Origin: Lytechinus pictus
Taxonomy: Eukaryota
Length of the DNA stretch: 64,000 nt
Reading direction: 5' to 3'
Assembly (NCBI RefSeq): GCF_037042905.1
Contig: NC_087245.1
Location: 11,906,001 to 11,970,000 of the forward strand
Made by a program: the position numbers and the translations under genes. The notes beneath the pieces are model-generated. The model searched no databases. It was not told where the DNA came from and was given only the letters and a program-made list of their open reading frames with translations. Shown piece by piece: positions 1 through 11,189 of this stretch (positions are counted from its first letter, which is position 1; each line of letters begins with the position of its first letter).

Positions 1-134
1 CTTTTCATATATATGTTTCTTATGATTTTGCTTTATTTCGTCTATCACGTTTTTACTAAATAAATCAAATTGCATCTCCCTCTTAACAGTATCCATTGCT
101 TTATTTCGTTAGGTAAAAAGAATGTCTGCATAAT

Positions 135-1115
135 TACTCCTCGTGATCCAAGTCCCCCCTCTAAAATAAAAAGGCAATTCATGATTAACCCCGTTGGTAT
201 TCATCTACCCCTCGATCATTTCTCTCCTCTTCAAAACCACTCTGCCACTTTTAGACAGTTTCCTAGAGATGATAAAGGAATATTTTCGATAATAAGAATC
301 ATTAAAATCAATGAAAATCACATTAAAAACACTATTTAACTGTCTTATTACTCCTCGTGATCCGAGTCCCCTTCCCGTGTTAAGACTGTCCAATTTCTCA
401 TAGGAGGGGACTTTGATAACGAGGAGTACTATTACTCGTGATCCAAGTCCCCTCTCCTAAAAATACAAAACGGCAATTAACCCGTTGATATTCATCTACC
501 CCTCATTTCCCTCCTCTTCAAAACCACTCTGCCACTTTTAGACAGTTTCCTAGAGATGATAAATGAATATTTTCGATAATAAGAATCATTAAAATCAATG
601 AAAATCACATTAAAAACACTATTTAACTGTCTTATTACTCCTCGTGATCCGAGTCCCCTTCCCGTGTTAAGACTGTCCAATTTCTCATAGGAGGGGACTT
701 GGATAACGAGGAGTACTATTACTCGTGATCCAAGTCCCCTCTCCTAAAAATACAAAACGGCAATTAACCCGTTGATATTCATCTACCCCTCATTTCCCTC
801 CTCTTCAAAACCACTCTGCCACTTTTAGACAGTTTCCTAGAGATGATAAATGAATATTTTCGATAATAAGAATCATTAAAATCAATGAAAATCACATTAA
901 AAACACTATTTAACTGTCTTATTACTCCTCGTGATCCGAGTCCCCTTCCCGTGTTAAGACTGTCCAATTTCTCATAGGAGGGGACTTGGATAACGAGGAG
1001 TACTATTACTCGTTATCCGAGTCCCCTCCTATGGGAAATTGGCAGTCTCAACACGGGAAGGGGACTCGGATCACGAGGAGTAATTAGACAGTTAAATAGT
1101 GTTTTTAATGTGATT
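135..1115. repeat. Tandem array (3 x 287 bp) of a TIR-bounded MITE-like unit ending in an inverted partial copy
   Basis: Units start at 135, 433 and 720; near-identical spurious ORFs recur at 205/492/779. Each unit is bounded by TACTC(CTC)GTGATCC(A/G)AGTCCCC and its near reverse complement (AGGGGACTTGGATAACGAGGAGTA). 1007-1115 is the reverse complement of ~890-1002. Confidence 0.9.
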
Positions 1116-1785
1116 AATTTTGTTTTATTTAGTGTTTTTGATCATTGTTTCATCAACTTGGAAGAATATACAGCCACAGGAGAGAAAAGAAAAAGACTAT
1201 TATTGTCGTTTGAAAAAGTGTCCGAGTCATTTGTTATTGTGTCAATGGGAAAACGTGTGGTGGAAGGAAGTCCCCGTTCAGTGAGAAGCTTCGCACCGTT
1301 TCGCACCGCGAACAATAGATTTCTTTTGAAAATCTTCCAACCGTGGATTCCATTGAAAGTTTGCTGATATTTGAGGTGTGTCTCAAGTTTGTCCCCAGTG
1401 ACTTGGATGACGATAAGGCCATATTAAGAATAAAATGAATTAAATTATTAAACCCTTTTTTTAGTTGGGGCCTTATACTATAGTTTAACTATTTTAAAAT
1501 TAAGCTTGTGCCTTGTGGCACCCTACCTCGACTCCTCGAGCGAAGTTCGTGCAGGCTCCACTCCACTTCCATGAGTGACTTCACTACCGCTACACTACAC
1601 TCCACCTACCCGAACTTCGAGACGGTGAACCAGTTCGGATATATTGAGTCACAAAGGTGGGATGGAAATCATGTTTATCGTAAAAATTAAAGAAAAAAAA
1701 TATAACGAGAAAGATGAATAACTTAATAATAATATCTTACTCTACACCCGTATTTCACTCCGTTTCCATCCTCTGGTTATCCTCA

Positions 1786-1966
1786 AAATTGGTGATTTTG
1801 GGCCAGTATCTTTTTCCTCACACGTATTATTCACGGCCGATTTTAAGACATCGCATGCGATCGGTTTGGTTTGACCTGCGACCGATCGCGATCGCATGCG
1901 ATGTTTTGAAATTGGCCGTGAATAATACGTGTGAGGAAAAAGATACTGGCCCAAAATCACCAATTT
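1786..1966. mobile_element. Palindromic MITE (~180 bp, ~75-80 bp inverted arms)
   Basis: AAATTGGTGATTTTGGGCCAGTATCTTTTTCCTCACACGTATTATTCACGGCC... is mirrored by ...GGCCGTGAATAATACGTGTGAGGAAAAAGATACTGGCCCAAAATCACCAATTT. Confidence 0.85.
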
Positions 1967-2381
1967 CTAGTTCTAAAGATCTCGTCCTAATATTCATGTA
2001 GACCTAGCGTTATAAATGGGATACAACTTCATTTCCGACATTTATACAATATTGATTTCATTTTTAAACAAGAATTCATTAAAAAAAAACAAGAAATATA
2101 TTATGAAAAGACAGGAATACTTGCCGCGATGTTTACGTCGCCATCTTGTTTCTTTTTTATCTTCACCAAGCTACAAGAACAAGAGGCATATCAGAGGATA
2201 TGCGTCTTCTAGCTTGGCGAAAACCAAAAAGAAACAAGATTTTGTATGAGCATGTTTTTGCACATGGCGTATGGTTAGAGCACGCACGCGTTCTGTGAAC
2301 TTTTATGGAGGCTAATTCCTTTATTATTGGTCGTAGAAGGTTGATCAAGGAATCAAATTGCTCAGAATCTTATTATAAATG

Positions 2382-4960
2382 CAGGGGCGGATCCAGCCTT
2401 AGCCAATAGGAGGGGCCCGGAATATTTTTCAGCCATATTTTCCCCGATCGGCCGCTCGAACATGATTTTTGTTTGTTTCTTTGAAGGGGTAGTCCTAATA
2501 GTTACTTCTTAGCTTTATTCTTATAAATCAACATAAATATATAATATCATAATCCTTATTTTTTAATGCGAAATTTTTTATTGAAATTTTATGTATTTTT
2601 TCCTAAAATATGAACATTCTAAGCAATGTTTGATATCCTGAAAATGATGTGTATGCAACTAAATAATTACTACGAATGCGAAGCGCGAGCAGACATTTTT
2701 GATACACGTTTTGAACTGATCGAAAAGGTAGGCCTACCTACTACTTGCAGTTAGCCATAAAGACGTTACATATTTCAACAATCAAATAATGCGAGCGCCA
2801 GGCTCGAGCTGAAATTTTTTGACATTTTAACCTAAAGAATGGAAATTCTAAGCACTTTTTGTTACTTAAACGGAATAGGTGTATAACTTAACAATTGATG
2901 CGAAAATTTCTAGATTTAGACCTAAAAACAAGACACTCTATTCATGTTTTGTAAATCATGAAAAGGATGAGTAATTGGGGATCTTTCTTACATTAATAAC
3001 GCAAGCGCAAAGCGTGAGCAAAAAATTTATATACGTTTTGAACTGATCGAAAAGGTATAGGTAGGGACAGTGATTTTCCGCGATCGCGGAAAACTGACGG
3101 AATTCACGGAAAGGGCCTTTTGAAACGGAAAGTGGCATTTCAAACGGAAAATCACGGAAAACATATTTTTCCTTAAAATACACAGAAAAGCAACAGAAAT
3201 GACTCCAAAATCTCAACAAAATATGAATATTAAATGGCCACAAAACCCCAGAAAACACGATCTCACTTCGCTACAATCATGACAATTCACACATCGTGAC
3301 TGCACTCGATATCATCACACTCGATCGTATCCTACGCCCGTACCCGGCCGGCCGGCCAGGCGCCTCTACGTTCGAAGATGTAACAGCACGATATCGAGGT
3401 CTTAAAATCCAAAATGGGGGATAGGCGAAAGTCGTTGACTGCTGATAACGATGTCCAAAAAACCCAAAATTATCGATGAAATTTCATTTGACCGTAAAAT
3501 AATGTGAAAGGTGAGGATATATTCATGTTAAATGTGTTCGTCAAAATATTTAGTGCACCCGCATAAATCCGATTAGAACGGATTCTATTTCGTTGTTGGT
3601 ACAGTGGCAGATACAATTTTTGAACAGCGCGAGTATTGTGATACTGTTATTCAATGGGTAAACTGAATTGTCAAATTTTTTTGTACACAAAGTCTATGGG
3701 GAAACAGAATTTCCGTTTTCTGACATGCTGAAACGGAATTTAAGATTTTCTGAAACAGAAAAGGCAATTTTTTTAAGCGGAAAATCACTGTCCCTATATA
3801 GGCCCTGCCTGTTAAGGACTGCTTGCACTTAGCCATGGAGACGTAATTACTTCAACAATCAAATAATGCAAGCGCAAAGCGCGAGCTGAAATTTTTTTAA
3901 ATTTCTATATAAAGAATGGAAAATTTTAATCAATATTTGTATTCGTGAACAGGATAGCTATATAACTAAATAATTGATGCGAGCTGAAAAAATTGAGATT
4001 TAGACCTAAAAACGGGACACTTTATTCATGTTTTGTAAATCATGAAAGGATGAGTAATAGGGGATCTTCTTACATTAATAATGCGAACACAAAGCGCGAG
4101 CAGATGCGCATGCGTGTTTCAGATTTAATCCTAGAATCTAGGCATTCTAAATACATCTTTTATCATGAAAATCAAAGTGAGCGAGAAGCGCGAGCTTAAA
4201 ATATTTGATATTTCGATCTAAAAAAGGGTCAATTTCAGCTCTATTTCAAGCACTTTGTATGAAAATTATGAGGTGGATATGAATCGCACTTACAGATAAT
4301 AAAGAGCTGATATTTTTCATTATTATTACTTTGAGTTTTGACATAGGACCGGGACATCCTTAGGACATGTCATCATATGAAAATGTTGACTATCTTTCTA
4401 TTCCTCTTGCTAATTAAGCGCAAGATGAAACAAAAAGGACAATTTAATTATTAAATTGATATCTTATTTATTAATGCATAATGAGGGCACTGAATTAATG
4501 CGAGTGCAAAACGCGAGCCGAAATTTTTTATAAACTGTCATGAAAAGGGGATTTTAAGTAGTTTGTTGTGTAATCAATATTGACACATACATACTGGCCA
4601 ATCAAAATGCAAGCGTGCAGCGCTAGCTGATATGTTTTGTCAATCAGGCCTGAAAAGGGATATTTTGAAAACTTTATGGAATACACGAAAATGATAAGTA
4701 CCTGATAAATCAAAATTTGCGAGCGCGCAGCCGAGCAGAAAATGTTAATATTCTGGCCATAAAACTGACATTTTACAGAGCACTTTATGAAAATCAATTT
4801 GTTAATCACACAAAATAATGAAAGTTTGATTTCCGAGGTGAAATATGTTTTGTATATTGACTTCCAAACTTGATATTTAAGCTCCATATTGAACAAGTTA
4901 TGTAAATCACCTAACAGGCAATGCAAGCGTGAAGCACGAGCGAAAATCTTATATAGTGAC
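2382..4960 (+). mobile_element. Non-autonomous DNA-transposon-like element with an internal ~110-120 bp periodic GCGAGCGCGAAGCGCGAGC-type array
   Basis: Begins CAGGGGCGGATCCAG. The motif (AT)GC(G/A)AGCGC(G/A)AAGCGCGAGC followed by an A/T run recurs at ~2677, 2791, 3001, 3868, 4083, 4180, 4500, 4608, 4719, 4922. ~2740-3050 is duplicated at ~3820-4100. The right boundary is uncertain. Confidence 0.6.
3062..3796. mobile_element. 735-bp non-autonomous DNA transposon (hAT-like TAGGG ends) with perfect 20-bp TIRs and 6-bp TSD, nested in the previous element
   Basis: TIR TAGGGACAGTGATTTTCCGC (3062-3081) / GCGGAAAATCACTGTCCCTA (3777-3796); TATAGG directly repeated at 3056-3061 and 3797-3802. Confidence 0.85.
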
Positions 4961-6524
4961 ATAAAAGATTCCTTTTGGTTTCCAAGTCTTCCCCTTATTT
5001 AAATATTTTTTATTCAATCGTCTTCCTCCTCTTCTTTTTTCGGCGATCGGAAGATGTACAAAACACTTCCACAGCACTTCAAAGAAGCAAAAGTAGTACA
5101 AATCATGTGCAAGTCTATACTCCTCAGTGTCCGTGTGTGTGTGTGTCCCCATGCTGATGTGTCTTTTGTACATAAATATGTCTCTGTAAAAACAGTTACG
5201 AAGTGTGGAAAAAGGTGGCTTAAATTTCACTTTTTTTACCTTTAGATCTAAAAATTCATGTCACAGTTTGATCTGTAATCCATAGGGTTAAGCAATCTTT
5301 GCCATTTGTGTTTTGTTCATTTTTCAAAAAGTTGGTGCAAAAATGTTGAATTTTGTGAACAGAATCTTACACCCCTAAAAGCTCTGGTCATGTGACATAT
5401 GAATATTAATGAGTATGCAATAGCTGCCAATACGTGTGTATAGAGTCAATCAGATGACAATAAAATCAAATTATTTCATGGAAAATTCATTGGAATATTA
5501 CAGTGAGTGAATAAATATTGATAAGATTATGTTAGAAAATAGTTTAGGCTCTGATTTTGTTTGAAAATAAAAAAGGTGAAATTCTAGCTAACTTTTTGAA
5601 TCACTAACTGTACTTTCTAAACCTTATTTTTTGTCCACATAGAGGTGCATATATAAAATATTTCACTACATAGGATGTTTTCAATAGCTAAGCTTTGCTG
5701 TTGGGTATATTGGCACTGACTACTAATTGTGTCAATATTTTTGCGTGTTGTTAAATTTGCGGCCGATTGGCAATTCGCAAAATCCATGAAAATAAAAACG
5801 TCGTGAAAATAAAAACGCCACGAAAAGAACAGCTTATACATGTACAGTCTTGCATTAAACTGTTTTGATCACGTACAGGAAATACAGAGCATCCCAGAAA
5901 AAGGAAAACTTGATTTCTCAGTACTCTCTCCATCACATACAAATGGTTTACGATACGTACATAAATACAGCATTTTGAAAAAAATCAGATTTTCTTATTT
6001 CAATACTGTACCTTTATGAAGATTATCACATAGATATGTACATGTATGAATTGAGCAAGCGAGGATTAAGTTTTCAAATCAATATGAAATTGCTCAAAAT
6101 AATCGGTCAAGAGTAAATGAGGATAGTAATAACTAGTACAATGTTCTTGTGTAAAAGTGATTCATTAGCATCTCTTTTGTGTCTTGTATATTGTGTTGTG
6201 GATTGTCAAACTTTGAATAATGCTGTGGATTTTAGATAGAGTGCACACACTGTCAAAAAAAACTCTCATGAGGCTAGCCCAGCAAGGCAGCAACAAGCCA
6301 AAAATATCGCAAAAAAACTTTTTAAACAAAATATAATTACATGATACAAGAATTACAAACATTTGCTAGTATGCATGTATAATTTTGCATCACTAATGAG
6401 AATTCTATATCCTAGTTGTTCGTAATCTGTCATTCATGAGAGATTGAATTAATACGTATGGATTAATATGTATGGATAAACTGGATATGCTTAGTGAAAA
6501 ATGATTTTTACTCTTTATTACACA

Positions 6525-7008
6525 TGTTTATGTGCAAGACTCTCTTATGACTTAAACTCCACCACCGTAAGTCACTTTTCACCCAATCTGGGGTTATACA
6601 TTGTAGATGTACTTAGGAGACCTGCATGTTGTGCTGCAGTCGGAGTTCACATGGTAAGGTCAAAGTTAATTTTTTAGGTCAACATTAAAGTTTATATGCA
6701 AGACTCTCATATGACACGTAACTTTACAACCATAAGTCACTTTCAAATCAAACTTGGGTTGTAGCTGTAGGCCTACTTAATTAGGAGACCTGCATGTGAT
6801 TGTGTTCGGAGGTTACATGTTAAGGTCAAAGGTGATTTTGAGGTCAACATTGAAGTTTACATGCAAGACTATATGACAAATATTAATCCGTTCCAGTTAT
6901 TTCACAATGAACTTTTTATACATTTCTGTTGCGTGTACTTGCAAATCGCGATATTTTCTGGTCATTTTCACAAGTGGGTGAGACCCAATATCGCTTATGC
7001 CTTGTTTT
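6525..7008. mobile_element. Helitron/Helentron-like non-autonomous element remnant with ~165-bp internal tandem repeats
   Basis: About 2.2 diverged copies of TTTATATGCAAGACTCTC...AAGGTCAAAG...AGGTCAACATT(A/G)AAG starting at ~6527, 6691 and 6856, followed by a GGTGAGAC...CTTGTTT end. The family assignment is inference. Confidence 0.45.
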
Positions 7009-7721
7009 TCCAAATAGCAGTACTAATTACACTCATCTTGTAAGTTTTCATGAGTGGGAGTGCTAATATCACCAAACATCCTCATTTGTACATGGAGCTT
7101 AAATTATTCAGGCCTAGATCTTAGCCTAGATTTAGTTCAATCATGGCATGTGCTATTTATAACTTTCCACTAAAAATAGTTTCATTATACAAGTTTTACA
7201 GTTCACCCATTACATGTACATAGCATGTGAGTACGACCAAGTACATGTAGGTATCACTTTATCTGCTACCTCCTTTGATTCAACTGCCATTCTGCATGGA
7301 ATTTTCAGGCTGCTCTTCATAACACTTTGACTTTGGCATGTCAGTGACTGTGTACACAATTACACACATTTCAGTAATTCGGTTACTGCGTCTAATGTAT
7401 TTTTCATATTAATGGTAAGAATAGTAATGGTAAGAATTATTGTCAATTTTATTTTTCCTGTTCAATACATGTACATGTAGTATAGGGATGTATAAGGAGT
7501 TCAACTTTCAATTTTTTTTTTAGTGGATGTCAAAAGTAATGGTCACAATTTGCATGGCTTATTTCGGAGATGCTGAAGTACCGAAATTTAATGGAAATCA
7601 TGTCAAGGTTTTGTGTCTCCCAATTCACAATCAATGCGCGGAAGTTGCACATCTATTTGTGACATCACTCATACTGAGTTTCTGAGAAATTGGTAGACCA
7701 AAGTGTAATCAACACCAAATA

Positions 7722-8743
7722 CACTCGGCAAAAAAAGTTCTTGGACACTTATAAAAATTAAAATATTCCATATAGATATTTGATTAAAGGCAAATTATTG
7801 TATGTCAACATGACCAGACAATATTCCTCTTCCAGGATAACATGAAATTTTCATGTGAACAGTCATGCATGGGTGGTTAAATGCTTTAAACAATAGCAAT
7901 GTCAGTAAAAGAAAATTGCAAGAAATGGATCAGTCAGTGCATGGCTGGTTACAGGCATTAAACAATACATGTAGCAATGTCAGTAAAAGAAAATTGCAAG
8001 AAAACGATCAGTCATTCTTTCAGTTGTGAAAGTTTATGTGGCATAAATATCCATTAAACGATAAAAGCAATCTTAAAGTCAAATACCACTCCAAAAGAGA
8101 AGAGAAAGTTATCCACCTTGGATGCATCACTATTCAATTGGAATTTTAAGTCAAAGTTAGTCGATGAAAAAAATGTCAAATTTCAGTATCTTGGCATAAG
8201 CAAAAGAAAATTCAATATATCGTTTGTCCACCCTAGCTCTGAATGAGTGCAGCACATCGACGTCACATGCTTGTCACAAGTCAGCGAATTTGCCCTGAGG
8301 TGATGTTGTCCCATTCATCCAGGAGATAACACCGGACATCTTGAAGAGTGTCTCCTGGTTGAATTCTTTGATTGACTGATTTTCCTAGCTGATCCTACAA
8401 GTGTTTAATCGGGTTCATGTCTGGTGAACAAGCGGGCCATGGATCCAAGCGCTGAATATTGTGGTGACCCAGAAATCTTTGGACAATGTTGAATGTATGC
8501 ATACAGGATGGCCATGATCATTAGCATTTGAATGGTCCATTTCTTGCAATTTTCTTTAACTGACATTGCTTTTGTTTAAAGCATTTAACCACCCATGCAT
8601 GACTGTTCACATGAAAATGTCATGTCATACTGGAAGAGGAATATTGTCTGGTCATGTTGACATACAATAATTTGCCTTTAATCAAATATCTATATGGAAT
8701 ATTTTAACTTTTATAAGTGTCCAAGAACTTTTTTTGCCGAGTG
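7722..8743 (-). mobile_element. Internally deleted Tc1/mariner transposon with ~205-bp TIRs, TA TSD and a pseudogenised transposase C-terminus
   Basis: TA|CACTCGGCAAAAAAAGTTCTTGGACACTT ... AAGTGTCCAAGAACTTTTTTTGCCGAGTG|TA. Minus strand ~8445-8216 reads DPWPACSPDMNPIKHL*DQLGKSV...LLDEWDNITSGQIR*LVTSM*RRCAALIQS*GGQTIY*, the Tc1 WPxxSPDLNPIE..W / SM.RRC.A.I...GG.T.Y signature with stops. Confidence 0.92.
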
Positions 8744-9039
8744 TATTATAGTGTTTCTCTTTCAAAGTGAATATTAAGAACTATACATGTTTCCACTTCA
8801 TTTTTCATATATAATTCTACACTCTACAGATTAATTTTTTTTCTCTCTTCGTTTGGGATTCATCATTCAATTTTTTTCCATTTAATTTGTCAATTCTAAA
8901 ACATGGCCCATGTGGTCTTGCACGTCTTTAATTAAAATTGGTCAGCACAAAACCCTCTTATAATGCTGCATGGTTTTTATTATGAAATGCACGAATTGAA
9001 ACCATGATATTTCAACCATTGTTCAGATCAATATTTAAC

Positions 9040-9207
9040 TGCACTATTCGTATAAGAGTAGGGGGAAACCCCGGTGTAGTGGTCCACCTGCATTCCCCCC
9101 AATCAGTTATATCGGGAGGAGAGACCTGCGGGTCATAGTGATTCAGTTCGCTTTTCGCTTCCCAGGCACAGGTGACGCCAAACAAATAATAATAATAATA
9201 ATAATAA
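9040..9207 (+). mobile_element. Probable SINE 3' portion with (AAT)n tail
   Basis: GC-richer block ending ...CACAGGTGACGCCAAACAAATAATAATAATAAT; no A/B boxes seen. Confidence 0.35.
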
Positions 9208-10445
9208 TCTTTGCCACTATTTAACATTATGGTCTCTAAAAAGTACTAGACCTCTAATTTCATGGAATTTGGTTTACAACTCAATTTCTTACAAAAAATA
9301 ATGATTGGATGCACAGTATGATCAACCTTCACAACAAAATAATTTATTCCTCAGCAGACCCAATAATGGGTCCAAAGGGTTGGAATAAGAATGAATGTAT
9401 GGACTCTGGTTTTTATCAATACGATTAACCAAATTTCAGAGGAACTCAACTTTACCTAATATTGTTGAGGTGCATTTAGTTTGATATGAATTACATACAT
9501 GTCTATCCAAGATAACTGCCAAACCAAGCCAAATATTATCAATCACCACAAACTTGTTATCCTTGTGATCTATTGTAATGAGTCATTCGTTTATAAACTT
9601 GGAATTGGTGACTGAAATCAATGACACATCAGTTATATATTTGTTTTACAGCCACATGTCACAAATATTGAAAACCACTGAACATATCATGCTAAAGGGA
9701 ACAGAAAGTTGAGCTATTTATAGACCAATTCTGTTTCAACACTTCATTTTTGGTTACTTTTCATAGTAATTTCATATATGACCAAATCTGTAGCTTCCTT
9801 GAAGCTTCACACACATACTTGGATTTTCGTAACTCTATGGAAATCCATCAGTGTCATAATTTTTTCTACAGGAAATTTGCAAAATGTCCTTTGTAAATAA
9901 AGGAGAACACACCAAATTGTCAAGATATTAATTGATTTATGGATATACAATCGTATCTAGAATTTTTTTTTGAACAATCATGACTTTGCTGGCTTTCCAT
10001 AGTTGCGATTGATTGGATCAATTGCAACTCTTTGTAAGACAGGCCCCTGTTCAGTATGCAGACATCATATAACACTCGAGGAAACATACTGAAATTATTA
10101 GTTCTGTAGCTTGTGGTAATAACTAATGTATGGTATGACAACAAAAGGCTCTACCGACATTCATGTAGCAACACACCTGATTTATTACATAATAAATTTT
10201 ATGTTCTTTTTTAGAATTTGGAAGCTTTTAAACTACCTGATGTGAGCAGCAGTGTTTTGAAACTGGATAAGATGGATAAACTGGATATGATCCAATACCG
10301 CCTGAAAGCCTTTATGATCAATTACATACAATGTACACTGTACGTGAACATTAAAACACACTTGCAACTAGTTGTGATTGTTTGTAATTGAGTGCAGAAG
10401 ATTTTGTAACATATGGTCACACAACCAATTGTGAAACCACTTTAA

Positions 10446-11041
10446 AGGGATGGTCCAGGCTGAAGATAATTAAATCTCAATTTAAATAGAGTAAAATTCA
10501 CGGAGCAAAATGCTGAAAATTTGATCAAAATCGGATAACAAATAAAGTTATTGAATTTTAAAGATATGCATTATTCTGGTGAAACAGTTCTAGGCATGTC
10601 TTCATGAATATTCATTAGTTGGGCTGATAATGTCATATTCCCACTTGTTCTTTTGTATTTTATTATTTGAAATTGGGTTTATTCAAAACATTTTCTACCA
10701 AGAACTAAAACAATTGGATTGACAACTGATTAAGTGCATTAATTATTTATTGCCGCGACTTATTTCATCATAATGGAGAATACACATGTATGAAAAAATT
10801 AAACAAGTATGATTTCATGTAATAATATAAGAAAAAGAAAAGTGGGGATATGACATCATCAGCCCACCTAATGAGTATTCATGACGATGTGCATATAACT
10901 GCTTTCACTAAATATTGATAAACTTTAAAATTCAATAATTTTGTTATTTGTTATCCGATTTTGATGAATTTTTCAGCATTTTGCTCTGTGAATTTTACTC
11001 TATTTATTTAGATATAAATATTTTCAGCCCGGACCATCCCT
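10446..11041. mobile_element. Kolobok/T2-like MITE (TTAA TSD, AGG...CCT ends), largely palindromic
   Basis: TTAA|AGGGATGGTCCAGGCTGAA ... TTCAGCCCGGACCATCCCT|TTAA; long internal inverted symmetry, e.g. GCAAAATGCTGAAAATTTGATCAAAATCGGATAACAAATAA vs TTATTTGTTATCCGATTTTGATGAATTTTCAGCATTTTGC. Confidence 0.85.
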
Positions 11042-11189
11042 TTAAGGAGTGTGCAAGTAGATAAATCAGTTTCCACTTCATATAGTATTATAAAGCATCT
11101 TGATCTTGTTATTCTTAAAACAATCTCCTTCAATGTTTTATCCCCCTTGCAGATCTTGACTGAGTAATATAAAGGAGTTCTCAATAAAG

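Noticed and set aside
135..1115. CRISPR-like array (24-bp repeats with spacers) or a triplicated 62-aa gene
   Set aside because: The spacers are themselves repeated, repeats occur in both orientations, there are no cas genes and the context is eukaryotic. The ORFs start at non-ATG codons and are by-products of the tandem repeat.
1110..1422. Short ORFs on both strands next to the foldback
   Set aside because: No recognisable domain or convincing splice context; one frame has a vague Cys/Gly pattern only.
10215..10340. Possible RNF41 5' UTR exon (TTTTAG acceptor at ~10214)
   Set aside because: The acceptor is plausible but there is no strong donor; cannot be supported without RNA data.
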